Shown here: positions 1 to 9,290 of the stretch, piece by piece
How positions within the stretch are numbered: position 1 is the stretch's first letter
Layout of the letters: each line of letters opens with the position of its first letter
Assembly: GCA_049802535.1 (NCBI GenBank)
Contig: JBARMQ010000462.1
Coordinates: 1-58,922, forward strand
Direction: 5' to 3'
DNA: 58,922 nucleotides
Origin: Bryobacteraceae bacterium
GTDB taxonomy: Bacteria; Acidobacteriota; Terriglobia; Bryobacterales; Bryobacteraceae
Made by a program: the position numbers and the translations under genes
Notes under the pieces: generated by a model
What the model saw: only the letters and a program-made list of their open reading frames with translations
Told to the model about the DNA's origin: nothing
The model's database searches: none

Positions 1-2398
1 GAATATAGCTTGCCGCCAAGGCCACCAGCAGGAACAGCAAAGCCACCAATGCAAACGTCAGCGGATCCGTCGGGCTGACATTAAATAACAGGCTCTCCAT
101 CAGGCGAGTCAAGCCAATGGCGCCGACGACCCCGACGCCCACCCCCGCCACGACGAGACGAAAACTCTGTCCCACTACCAAGCCCAAAATGTCACTCTGC
201 TGTGCGCCCAGCGCGCGCCGGATGCCCATCTCCTGCGTCCGTTGAGTCACCGAATAAGCGATGATGCCGTAGATTCCCATCAACACTAACAGCATCGCCA
301 TGCTCGCGAACGATCCTAATAGAATTGCCAGCAAACGCCGTTCACCCACCTGCTCATCCACCAGTTCGTCCATGCTCTTGACCTCCGAAATGGATTGGTC
401 CCGATCTAACGCCGTCACCTGTTCGCGCACCGTGCTGGTGGAGTCCAGCGGCTTGCCTACCGTCCGCACTGCCAAAATTCCAAAAGGCTGAGGATTTTGC
501 GCGAATGAGAGGTACACGGTCTCTGGCCAGCCATTATTTTCGAGACTCTGATGAACGTTGGCGACGATTCCCACAATTTCCGCGGGATTCGGATTCACCC
601 CGCCCACCCACATGCGCTGACCGATGGGATCTTGGCCGCTGGGGTACGAGGGCCAAAATTTACGGGCCATCGCTTCGTCGATAATCGCTACTCGCTGCGC
701 GCCTTCCTTGTCCCTGATGGTGAAGTCTCGCCCTCGCCGAAAGGGAATTTCCAGCGTGTGGAAATACCCGGGCGTCACGACTCCAAGCGTCGCAATCAGC
801 CGCTCATTCAATTTGAGAACCGGTTTGGCCGCGTCCTGGACCGGCGTTCCCGCGAAACCCATCATGGGGAGAAACATTGCGGCCGCTGCACTGCGTATGC
901 CCGGTGACGTTCCTACGCGATCGACCAGTTCCTGGAAGTAGAGTGCCCGCTTCTGATCCGTCCCGTAGCGTGACGCCGAGAGCGAAATATTGGCTGTCAG
1001 TAAATTCGCTGGATTGAACCCAACGTCAACGCCGCGCAGCCGGCTCACACTCTCGATCAGTAGAGCCGTGCCAATCAACAACACAATCGAAAGGGCGACT
1101 TGGCCGACCATCAAAAAACCGCGCGCATCGAAGCCCGGTATCAATCCACCACCGTGCGCAGTCTGACGCGCACCCTCGCCGGTCGCTCGCAACACGCCAA
1201 TGATGTCGGGCCGCGATGCGCCCAATGCTGGCGCCAATCCAAACAGCACGCCCGTCGCGATCGAAATAGCCAAAGTGAATCCAAGCACCATAGCATCCAG
1301 ATGAACCTCGTGCGCCCTCGGCAGGTCAAACGCCGTCATGCTGTGGATCGCCCGCAGACTCCATCCGGCAAGTAGCAAACCAAGCATTCCGCCGGCAAGC
1401 GACAACACGACACTTTCACTGATAAGTTGCCTAATCAATCGGCCGCGAAGCGCTCCTAGAGCGGAACGCACGGCAATCTCGCGCGAACGTGATGCCGATC
1501 GGGCCAGCAATAGGCTCGCCACATTTGCGCAAGCGATCAACAACACAAAACCCACAGCGCCTAGCAGCATCCACAGCATTGAGCGGACGCTCGCTACCAG
1601 GCTGTCCTTCATCGCCGTCACTTTGACTGGATTCTTCGGCTTGGCATCGAGCATCGCCGGATGCGCCATTGCGTACTGGTGATGAATTACCTTCGCTTCC
1701 GCGCTCGCCTGGTCTAAGCTCACGCCCGGTTTCAGCCGCCCAAAGATGGTTAGAAACGGGCTCAAAGCTCTGGACTTTGCAGTCATCCTCGACCATTGCG
1801 CAGGCGCCGTCATCCACACTTGTACATCTGCCGATGGAAAGGCAAAGTGCGGCGGCAGCACGCCAACAATGGTGTACGGCGTTCCCCCAAGATCCGCAGT
1901 CTTACCCAAAATTTCGGGGTCTGCCGCGAATCGCGACTGCCAGAGCTCATATCCGATCATTACGACAGGCGGAGCGCCCTGCAAATCCTCCGCCGTTCTG
2001 AAACTCCGCCCACGCAATGGCGCAACGCCCAGTATGTCAAGGAAGTTAGCCGAAACACGAACGCTTTTCAGAACCACCGGCTCTCCCGATCCCGAGATTG
2101 TCGGGTTCTCCTCTCCGGTATATGCGCCGATGCCCGTAAAGGATTGGGCACTAGCCTTCATCTCAGTCAGGCGTGAAGGAGTTGCACCTCCTGAGATCAG
2201 AACCAGCCGTTCGGAATCGGGGTAGGGAAGTGGCTTCAACAGAACGGCGTGGATCACGGTGAACATCGCCGTGATTCCGCCGATGGCGAGTGCCAGCGTC
2301 AAAACAGCCGTGATTGCGAACACCGGTTCCTTACGCATTGTTCTGAATGCGTATGAAGTGTCTTGCCAGATCGACTCGAGATACTTGACCCGATTCAT
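1..2398 (-). CDS. MacB/FtsX-type ABC permease, ADOP (acidobacterial duplicated orphan permease) family; 3' end lies outside the window
   Basis: The minus-strand frame is open from the ATG at 2398 to the window edge, which is why the track does not list it. My translation gives MNRVKYLESIWQDTSYAFRTMRKEPVFAITAVLTLALAIGG at the N-terminus, MLWMLLGAVGFVLLIACANVASLLLAR internally, and ...ALVALLFLLVALAASYI at the edge. This is the same architecture as the three complete paralogs in the window. Confidence 0.85.
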   Translation of the reverse strand, partial: MNRVKYLESIWQDTSYAFRTMRKEPVFAITAVLTLALAIGGITAMFTVIHAVLLKPLPYPDSERLVLISGGATPSRLTEMKASAQSFTGIGAYTGEENPTISGSGEPVVLKSVRVSANFLDILGVAPLRGRSFRTAEDLQGAPPVVMIGYELWQSRFAADPEILGKTADLGGTPYTIVGVLPPHFAFPSADVQVWMTAPAQWSRMTAKSRALSPFLTIFGRLKPGVSLDQASAEAKVIHHQYAMAHPAMLDAKPKNPVKVTAMKDSLVASVRSMLWMLLGAVGFVLLIACANVASLLLARSASRSREIAVRSALGALRGRLIRQLISESVVLSLAGGMLGLLLAGWSLRAIHSMTAFDLPRAHEVHLDAMVLGFTLAISIATGVLFGLAPALGASRPDIIGVLRATGEGARQTAHGGGLIPGFDARGFLMVGQVALSIVLLIGTALLIESVSRLRGVDVGFNPANLLTANISLSASRYGTDQKRALYFQELVDRVGTSPGIRSAAAAMFLPMMGFAGTPVQDAAKPVLKLNERLIATLGVVTPGYFHTLEIPFRRGRDFTIRDKEGAQRVAIIDEAMARKFWPSYPSGQDPIGQRMWVGGVNPNPAEIVGIVANVHQSLENNGWPETVYLSFAQNPQPFGILAVRTVGKPLDSTSTVREQVTALDRDQSISEVKSMDELVDEQVGERRLLAILLGSFASMAMLLVLMGIYGIIAYSVTQRTQEMGIRRALGAQQSDILGLVVGQSFRLVVAGVGVGVVGAIGLTRLMESLLFNVSPTDPLTFALVALLFLLVALAASYI

Positions 2399-2543
2399 AG
2401 AACCAGAATAGTCGTCCAAACTTGATAGAATCTGAACGGGTCTCGCGGCTAGCGCCAACAGACTATACAAGCCTCGCCAAGTCCGCCGGTTTGTGCGCGG
2501 AAACCTAAGGTTTCGCGACGCGACAACAGGAAGGAGAGCTTCG

Positions 2544-3656
2544 TTGAAGAACCAAGTTATTGTGCTCTGCGTTTTTTCCGCATGCCTTGGAGTTGGCTTA
2601 GCGGCGACGAAATCCGAGGTTGCGCCCACAGCTGAGACGGGATGGAATAAAGCAGCTGCGGCCAGTTATCTAGACAGTCGCGAGGCATGGTGGCTCACGT
2701 GGCCGAAGGCGGAACGCGACCACGATACCCATTGCGTTTCTTGTCACACTGCTGTCCCCTATGCGATGGCGCGGCCGGACTTGAGAACATCGTTGGGCCA
2801 AACGTCACTGGCGCCGGCGGAGCAGGGGATGCTCGCGAACATCACCAAGCGCGTCACTCTGTGGAGCGAAATGGAACCCTTCTATAGCGATGCTAAGTCG
2901 GGCCCTAACAAATCTGTCGAATCGCGAAATGCCGAGTCGGTTTTGAATGCTTTAATTTTGGCGCGATATGACCAGGTTCAAGGAAATTTGAGCCCGGTCA
3001 CCAAGCAAGCCTTCGATCATATGTGGGCCCTTCAATCGAAAACGGGCGAGAAAACGGGCGCCTGGGTTTGGCAGAACTTCCATTACGCGCCGTGGGAAGG
3101 CGACGATTCTGAATATTGGGGCGCCACCATGGCCGCGTTAGCCACCGGTATCGCTCCGGATCATTACAGCGCCGATCCGACGATTCAAGACAATCTTGCG
3201 CTACTGCGTCAATATCTGGTCTCGAACTTCGATAAACAGCCTGTGTACAACAAGCTGATGCTGTTATGGACGTCCACAAAGGTTTCCGGGCTGCTCACAC
3301 CGGAAAAACGCGCCTCCTTCGAAGACACGTTGTACGGGATGCAGCAGGCCGACGGCGGATGGAGTCTTACGCCAATGGGACCGTGGAAGCGGAAAGACAA
3401 TACGCCGCTAGAAACTAAGAGCGACGGGCTTGCGACTGGATTAACCGTGTTCGCGCTGGAAGAAGCCGGCGTGCCGCGCAGCCAGGCGCAGGTGAAAAGG
3501 GGACTGGGCTGGCTGCTGAAGAATCAAGATCCATCGCAGGGCTCTTGGATCGCTTATTCCTTAAATAAGCAGCGTGATCCCGCGAGCGACATTGGCAAGT
3601 TTATGTCGGACGCCGCGACCAGCTTCGCTGTGCTCGCGCTTGAAACGGAGCGATAA
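2544..3656 (+). CDS. Exported hypothetical protein with one CxxCH heme-binding motif and C-terminal terpenoid-cyclase/prenyltransferase-like repeats
   Basis: The track ORF is 2493..3656. I prefer the TTG at 2544, which follows AGGAGA with a 7-nt spacer and gives a signal/lipobox-like N-terminus (KNQVIVLCVFSAC). Motifs seen: HCVSCH, QQADGGWS and QDPSQGSW (QW-like repeats). Confidence 0.55.
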   Translation: MKNQVIVLCVFSACLGVGLAATKSEVAPTAETGWNKAAAASYLDSREAWWLTWPKAERDHDTHCVSCHTAVPYAMARPDLRTSLGQTSLAPAEQGMLANITKRVTLWSEMEPFYSDAKSGPNKSVESRNAESVLNALILARYDQVQGNLSPVTKQAFDHMWALQSKTGEKTGAWVWQNFHYAPWEGDDSEYWGATMAALATGIAPDHYSADPTIQDNLALLRQYLVSNFDKQPVYNKLMLLWTSTKVSGLLTPEKRASFEDTLYGMQQADGGWSLTPMGPWKRKDNTPLETKSDGLATGLTVFALEEAGVPRSQAQVKRGLGWLLKNQDPSQGSWIAYSLNKQRDPASDIGKFMSDAATSFAVLALETER

Positions 3657-5583
3657 CTTTCCACGCGACCTTCTCTTAGACGAGTGGCTGGAGACGAATG
3701 GCATCGGCGGGTTCGCCTCCTCCACTATTTCGGGATTAAACTCGCGGCGTTACCACGGGCTGCTGGTCGCTGCGGTAGAAATCCCTGTCCGCCGCGCGGT
3801 CCTGCTCTCAAAAGTGGAGGAGACGCTTGTTGTAAGCGGCGAACGCTTTGAACTCGGTACCAATCAATACCCGGGAGCTATCCATCCCACGGGTTACCGG
3901 CACCTCACCAGCTATCAACTAGATCCGTTTCCCACATTCCATTTTGAAGTGGGGAATGTGGCTATTGAGAAGCGCGTTTTCCTGGTTCATGGCGAAAACA
4001 CTGTCGTGATCTCTTACCAGTTGCTGGATGGCGGCAACGCGTCCGGCGAACTCTCGTTGGAGTTAAGACCGCTGCTCGCCTTTCGTGACTATCACGCGAT
4101 GGCGCATGCGAATCCGGCAATCTGTGCAGATTTTGAAGAAGACGCTGGTGGCGTAATCCACCTTCGCCCGTATCCCGATCTTCCGGATCTCTACATCGCC
4201 CACAGTGGGGGCCTGCCTCAAGTTACAGGCGAATGGTATTACAACTTTCAATATGCGCGCGAACAGGAGCGCGGGTTCTCAGAATGTGAAGATCTGTTTC
4301 AGCCGTTTGTTCTCCGTTTCAAAATCAATGGCGGCCAAGCCGTTCATCTCGTCGCCTCCACTCAGCGCCGGACCACCGCCGAAGTTGACTCCCTAGTCGA
4401 AGCGGAACAAAAACGAAGGATCTCACTGATGCCGAAAACGGCAACAGGCGAGATGACAGCCATTCTGACCAAGGCTGCCGATCAGTTTATCGTCCGGCGC
4501 GGGGTGGGCCATACGGTGATCGCCGGCTATCACTGGTTCACCGATTGGGGTCGCGACACCATGATTTCGCTCCCCGGGCTTACGCTGACGACGGGCCGCT
4601 TTTCGATCGCCCGGGAGATTCTTCAAACTTTCGCCGCGAACGCGAGCGAAGGCATGATTCCCAATCGCTTTGGAGATTCCACCGGAGCTCCTGAATGGAA
4701 CACGGTTGACGCGGCCCTCTTGATGTTCGAGGCGGCACGCTGCTACCTGGAAGCGACCGATGATTGGGGCTTCGTACACGATCAACTTTATCCTGTCCTG
4801 AAGGACATGGTCGCCTGGCATAGGCGAGGTACACGCTACGGCATCCACATGACTGCCGATGGAGGGCTAAGTGCCGGCGAGGCGCTTACCTGGATGGACG
4901 CGCGAGTAGATGGCCGAGCCGTAACTCCGCGTGCGGGAAAGGCCGTGGAAATACAGGCGCTCTGGTTCAATGCACTCTCATTCCTGTGCGCTTTGGCGTG
5001 GCGAGCCGGTGATGAAGCCGACGCCGAAGATCTGGCCGCTTTGATCGCTTGCGCCAAAGAATCTTTCCTTGAACAGTTTTGGAATGAACAGACAGGCTGC
5101 CTATTCGACGTCGTCAGTGATGACGGGCGCGATGCGGCAATCCGCCCCAATCAGGTTCTTGCGGTAAGTCTCAAATATCCGCTTGTCGAAGGACGACGGG
5201 CCGAGCAAATCCTCAACGTCGTCCGGGAAAAACTGTTGACGCCCCGCGGTCTCCGCACGCTGGCGCCCGACGATCCCCAGTATCGAGGACACTACGCCGG
5301 CGATGCTCACAGCCGGGACAGCGCCTATCACCAGGGAACAGTTTGGCCGTGGCTTGCGGGTCCTTTTTGGTCTGCGTGGCTAAAGGTCAACAAGTATTCC
5401 GAAGGCAGCAAAGCGCTCGCCTTACAATGGTTAGTCGATTTTGGCCCGCATCTGCGGGAAGCGGGTCTTGACCAAGTCTCCGAAGTATTCAGCGGCGACG
5501 CGCCGCACGAACCTGGCGGCTGTATTGCGCAGGCTTGGTCGGTCGCCGAGCTACTGCGTTTGTGCCAATTGCTGGCACGGTAA
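3640..5583 (+). CDS. Glycogen debranching enzyme family protein (GDE_N domain plus amylo-alpha-1,6-glucosidase, archaeal/bacterial type)
   Basis: DEWLETNGIGGFASSTISGLNSRRYHGLL at the N-terminus, then YHWFTDWGRDTMISLPGL, and a C-terminal GCIAQAWSVAELLR. The track start 3574 (GTG) would overlap the upstream gene by 83 nt. TTG 3640 is the last in-frame start before the conserved block, so the start remains uncertain. Confidence 0.8.
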   Translation: MKRSDNFPRDLLLDEWLETNGIGGFASSTISGLNSRRYHGLLVAAVEIPVRRAVLLSKVEETLVVSGERFELGTNQYPGAIHPTGYRHLTSYQLDPFPTFHFEVGNVAIEKRVFLVHGENTVVISYQLLDGGNASGELSLELRPLLAFRDYHAMAHANPAICADFEEDAGGVIHLRPYPDLPDLYIAHSGGLPQVTGEWYYNFQYAREQERGFSECEDLFQPFVLRFKINGGQAVHLVASTQRRTTAEVDSLVEAEQKRRISLMPKTATGEMTAILTKAADQFIVRRGVGHTVIAGYHWFTDWGRDTMISLPGLTLTTGRFSIAREILQTFAANASEGMIPNRFGDSTGAPEWNTVDAALLMFEAARCYLEATDDWGFVHDQLYPVLKDMVAWHRRGTRYGIHMTADGGLSAGEALTWMDARVDGRAVTPRAGKAVEIQALWFNALSFLCALAWRAGDEADAEDLAALIACAKESFLEQFWNEQTGCLFDVVSDDGRDAAIRPNQVLAVSLKYPLVEGRRAEQILNVVREKLLTPRGLRTLAPDDPQYRGHYAGDAHSRDSAYHQGTVWPWLAGPFWSAWLKVNKYSEGSKALALQWLVDFGPHLREAGLDQVSEVFSGDAPHEPGGCIAQAWSVAELLRLCQLLAR

Positions 5584-5587
5584 TGCT

Positions 5588-6007
5588 TTACTTCTTCGCT
5601 TCAGGCTCTTGCAGTTCCAAGATACGGACAATATCGGGCGTGCGGTCGTACTGGCTTAGTTTCCGCGGTGTACTGGCCTGATCCCGGTACTTGGCGACCA
5701 CGTCATAGTCCTTGTTAAAACTGAGGTCGGCGAAGTTAAACCGGCCATCTTTCTTGGTAATAAATGTCAATTTGTCTTTGGTCGAATCGTCGGTCAGCGT
5801 GACCAAAGCACCAGCCATCGGTTGGCCGGTGTCATCGGTGACGGTGCCGCGTAAGGTGCGCGAAGTGGGAGCTTTTTCCTTCTTGTTCTTAACGCCGCCG
5901 ATCTCCGGATTATCGTGGACGACACTATGGTCGGTGATCTGTTGCGCGGATAGCAAAGCGCCCGATGCCGTTAGGAAAATTGCGGTCGCCAAAAGACGTT
6001 GAAACAT
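5588..6007 (-). CDS. Small secreted CarboxypepD_reg-like (carboxypeptidase regulatory-like) domain protein
   Basis: Signal peptide MFQRLLATAIFLTASGALLSAQQ. LRGTVTDDTGQPMAGALVTLTD...DGRFNF is the typical first beta-hairpin of this fold. It is a paralog of 32717..33106. Confidence 0.65.
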   Translation of the reverse strand: MFQRLLATAIFLTASGALLSAQQITDHSVVHDNPEIGGVKNKKEKAPTSRTLRGTVTDDTGQPMAGALVTLTDDSTKDKLTFITKKDGRFNFADLSFNKDYDVVAKYRDQASTPRKLSQYDRTPDIVRILELQEPEAKK

Positions 6008-6106
6008 GCCAAAAACCTCTGTTCAGAGACTGCTTGGGGGCTTGACCCTAAACGGTATCGTACCAATTTTGCCCACTGTCATTTAAATCCGAGCAACAAT
6101 CGAATC

Positions 6107-6700
6107 ATGAAGTGGAAAGCCATCGCCGTCGTCTCCCTCAGCTTGCTGCTGTTCTTCCTCTTCATAGCCGTCGTCTATTTCGGAGTGGTCGGCGCCGGTT
6201 TCGGACTGCGCCGCTTCGACTCTGCGGCTGTCGTGACGCAAATTCAGCAACTAAAACAGCTTGTGACGGTGCGATATAGCATTCAACGGGTGGTCGGCCT
6301 TACTGAACAGAAGCAGCCGTTTGGGGAGGAGTCATTGTTGCTAATGGTCCAAGGCGAAGCGCTCGCGGGAGTCGATCTTTCCGTTATCAAAGCCGGCGAT
6401 GCGACGTATCAGGGACACGTCGTCACCATTTACCTTCCGCCGGCGCGGGTATTCAACGTGTTCATCGACGAAAAGCAAACGAAAGTTTGGGATCATCACA
6501 TCACCTGGTGGACGCCGTGGGTCCCCTACGATCCTGACCTGGAACATCGCGCTCGCCTGTCAGCCTTAGACGATATTCGCTCGGCCGCTTTGAAAATGGG
6601 CATTCTCGATACGGCCCAACAAAACGCCCAAAGCGCGATCCGAGACTTTCTGCGTGCACTTCACGTGGAGGCGCGGTTCAAGACCAAGGGGCTCGACTAA
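6107..6700 (+). CDS. DUF4230-like membrane-anchored protein
   Basis: The internal ATG at 6107 gives MKWKAIAVVSLSLLLFFLFIAVVYF (an N-terminal TM anchor) followed by VTQIQQLKQLVTVRYSIQRVVG, as in DUF4230 proteins. The upstream part of the track ORF overlaps the neighbouring gene. Confidence 0.55.
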   Translation: MKWKAIAVVSLSLLLFFLFIAVVYFGVVGAGFGLRRFDSAAVVTQIQQLKQLVTVRYSIQRVVGLTEQKQPFGEESLLLMVQGEALAGVDLSVIKAGDATYQGHVVTIYLPPARVFNVFIDEKQTKVWDHHITWWTPWVPYDPDLEHRARLSALDDIRSAALKMGILDTAQQNAQSAIRDFLRALHVEARFKTKGLD

Positions 6701-6703
6701 CGT

Positions 6704-7417
6704 CTACGCGAGCAGATTTCCCGCTGCTTCTTTCAGAGTCACGCCACTCAACTTGCGCCGCCGGGATTCGGTTATCAAGAACGCGAGCTTATAAGCTGCC
6801 TGATCATAGGTAAGCCCCTGCGCGTGGATATTTGAGACGCAATTGCGTTCAGCGTCCGTGCGTCCCGTCTTTGGATGCCAGGTAAGATAAGCTCCCAAGC
6901 TGTCTGGTGCGCTTAGGCCTGGACGTTCGCCAATCAGAACGATGGCCAGGTCTGCTTGTAAAATCTCGCCGATACCATCGCCAATCGCCACGCGCGCTTG
7001 TTCTGCGACGATGATTGGCCCGATATCGGCGGGATCGAGAGATGGCAGGAGCCTTTCGAGCAAGGACACCGCATGGCGATGGACAGCTAGCGCGGACAAA
7101 CCGTCGGCGATGACGAAAATCAATTTCGCCTTCGGCGCGGTTGCAAGTTTCTGCAGGGACGAGTCATCAAGGCGCCGCCCTAACTCGGGCCGCCGGAGAT
7201 ATTCCTGGCGATCATGCGCGGCGCTGTGCACGGTTAACGACATCCAAGCGTGCCCAGCTAATTCGGCCAAAATCGAATGAACGTCCAAGGGGAAATGCAC
7301 CGCGTCGCGGGCTCGCGCATGCGCCAGCCGCAGTTCCATCAGCGGCTTTACGGGTAGGCTTTGACCCGTCAGACCTAAACTGACCCGCGCCGGCGTGAAG
7401 TCTCCCAATCGCTTCAT
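6704..7417 (-). CDS. eutC: Ethanolamine ammonia-lyase light (small) subunit
   Basis: Motifs FVIADGLSALAV and IGERPGLSAPDSLGAYLTW. The start overlaps the eutB stop by 4 nt. Confidence 0.9.
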   Translation of the reverse strand: MKRLGDFTPARVSLGLTGQSLPVKPLMELRLAHARARDAVHFPLDVHSILAELAGHAWMSLTVHSAAHDRQEYLRRPELGRRLDDSSLQKLATAPKAKLIFVIADGLSALAVHRHAVSLLERLLPSLDPADIGPIIVAEQARVAIGDGIGEILQADLAIVLIGERPGLSAPDSLGAYLTWHPKTGRTDAERNCVSNIHAQGLTYDQAAYKLAFLITESRRRKLSGVTLKEAAGNLLA

Positions 7418-8763
7418 TTGTTCAGCAGCGCCATCATCTCGGGCAGCTCCGGCCGGCGTGTCTCAAGCCACGTCTCAAACTCCGGTGCAGGCCGAAGACC
7501 GAACAGCTTGCGCAGATAGAGCGCATCGTGAAAGGAAGTGCTCTGGTAGTTCAGCATCACGTCATCGGATCCCGGTACCCCCATGATGTAGTTCACGCCC
7601 GCAGCCGCCAGCAGTGTCATCAACCCGTCCATATCATCGCCGTCGGCTTCGGCGTGGTTTGTGTAGCACACGTCGCAGCCCATCGGAAGGCCAAGGAGCT
7701 TACCGCAGAAGTGGTCTTCGAGGCCCGCGCGGGTTATCTGCTTCCCGTCGTAGAGATATTCAGGTCCTATGAAACCGACGACGGTATTGACAAGCATTGG
7801 ATCAAAATGCCGCGCCACAGCATACGCCCGGGCCTCACACGTTTGTTGGTCGATGCCGTGATGCGCATTGGCCGAAAGCGCACTGCCCTGACCAGTCTCA
7901 AAATACATGACGTTCCTGCCCACCGTGCCGCGCCTCAACGCCAGAGCGGCGTCCTGCGCCTCCTTCAAGATTCCGAGATTGATGCCGAAGGAAGCGTTAG
8001 CAGCCTCAGTGCCGGCGATCGACTGAAACACCAGATCGACGGGCGCACCCGCCTCGATCGCCTCAATTTGGGTGGTGACATGAGCCAATACGCAGCTCTG
8101 GGTGGGTATTGCATAACGCTCGCGAACGGCATCGATCAGGTGCAGCAGCGTGCGCACCGTCTCTGGATTGTCCGACGCTGGATTGATGCCGATGACGGCA
8201 TCGCCGCTGCCAAGCGACAGGCCGTCGATGATCGATGCTGCAATGGCCGTGGCGTCATCCGAGGGGTGATTCGGCTGTAAGCGGGTGGAAAGCCGCCCGG
8301 CCAGTCCTACGGTCGTTCGAAACCGGGTAACTACACGAATTTTTCGTGCGACCTGGATCAAATCCTGGGCACGCATCAGCTTTGAAACAGCAGCAACCAT
8401 TTCGGGCGTAATTCCGCGTGCCAACGCCTGGAGCACTTGGCCATCAGTGCGGTCTTCGAGCAAATAATCGCGGAATTCGCCTACCGTAAGATGAGCAATT
8501 GGATCAAATGCATTGCCATCGTGCGTGTCGACGATCAGACGAGTAACCTCATCAACCGCATACAGGATTAGCGGTTCCCCTAGGAGAGCGCGGAGCGGCA
8601 GATCGGCCAAAGCCATTTGGGCCGCGACCCGCTCCTCGGCCGACCGTGCCGCGATACCCGCCAACTCGTCCCCCGAACGTAGGGGAGATGCCTTCGCAAG
8701 CAGCGTCTTGAGATCTTCGAAATGATAAACGAGCGATCCTACTGTGCAACGATAACCGCTCAT
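7414..8763 (-). CDS. eutB: Ethanolamine ammonia-lyase heavy (large) subunit
   Basis: MSGYRCTVGSLVYHFEDLKTLLAKASPLRSGDELAGIAA parallels the E. coli EutB N-terminus as I recall it, and the length from this ATG (450 aa) matches. The track ORF extends to an upstream ATG at 8853, which is an alternative start. Confidence 0.9.
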   Translation of the reverse strand: MSGYRCTVGSLVYHFEDLKTLLAKASPLRSGDELAGIAARSAEERVAAQMALADLPLRALLGEPLILYAVDEVTRLIVDTHDGNAFDPIAHLTVGEFRDYLLEDRTDGQVLQALARGITPEMVAAVSKLMRAQDLIQVARKIRVVTRFRTTVGLAGRLSTRLQPNHPSDDATAIAASIIDGLSLGSGDAVIGINPASDNPETVRTLLHLIDAVRERYAIPTQSCVLAHVTTQIEAIEAGAPVDLVFQSIAGTEAANASFGINLGILKEAQDAALALRRGTVGRNVMYFETGQGSALSANAHHGIDQQTCEARAYAVARHFDPMLVNTVVGFIGPEYLYDGKQITRAGLEDHFCGKLLGLPMGCDVCYTNHAEADGDDMDGLMTLLAAAGVNYIMGVPGSDDVMLNYQSTSFHDALYLRKLFGLRPAPEFETWLETRRPELPEMMALLNK

Positions 8764-8972
8764 ATGCCATCCAGTATCGGACGGACGATTAGCAGTCGCA
8801 TTCGAAAAATTTAACGCCACGTTCCTTGGGTGTACCGAATCTGCTAATGGCATCGTCTATGCTGCTTTCTGGAGGTCGATCCGGCCACGGTTTTTTAATG
8901 TGATTTGCTTCAACGGCTAATGCATGATAAAAACTACGAGATTTCGATATTTACAAATGAGGAGAATCTTCG

Positions 8973-9236
8973 ATGTATTTGGAGTGTGAATTCACAACCG
9001 CCCTACCCGTATTCGCCCCATCCGCGTTAACTTTTCCTAAACGCGCCTTGTTGCCCGCCGAGGACGAGGACGAAGAAGAGGATCTCGAGGACGATGACGT
9101 CGACATCGATGATCTCGACGATGAGGATCTAGACGACGAGGAGCTCGATGACGAGGATGACGAAGATCTTGACGATGAAGACGACGAAGATCTCGACGAC
9201 GAGGAGGTTGACTTAGACGAAGAGGAAGAAGATTAA
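8973..9236 (+). CDS. 87-aa extremely acidic Asp/Glu repeat protein (hypothetical)
   Basis: The ATG is preceded by GAGGAGA with a 7-nt spacer. A 28-aa neutral N-terminus is followed by about 58 residues that are almost entirely D/E/L, with a DLDDE-like periodicity. Confidence 0.6.
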   Translation: MYLECEFTTALPVFAPSALTFPKRALLPAEDEDEEEDLEDDDVDIDDLDDEDLDDEELDDEDDEDLDDEDDEDLDDEEVDLDEEEED

Positions 9237-9290
9237 GGGCTCTTTCGACAAATAAGGGTGCGGTGCTACGCTGAGAGGCGCCCCACTCTT

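Noticed and set aside
8854-8972. A possible cobalamin riboswitch upstream of eutB. I considered the same for the nrdJ leader at 25625..25700.
   Set aside because: The regions are too short (about 120 and 76 nt), and I could not find a B12-box-like element. GGAGGTCGATCCGGCC does not fit the consensus I recall.
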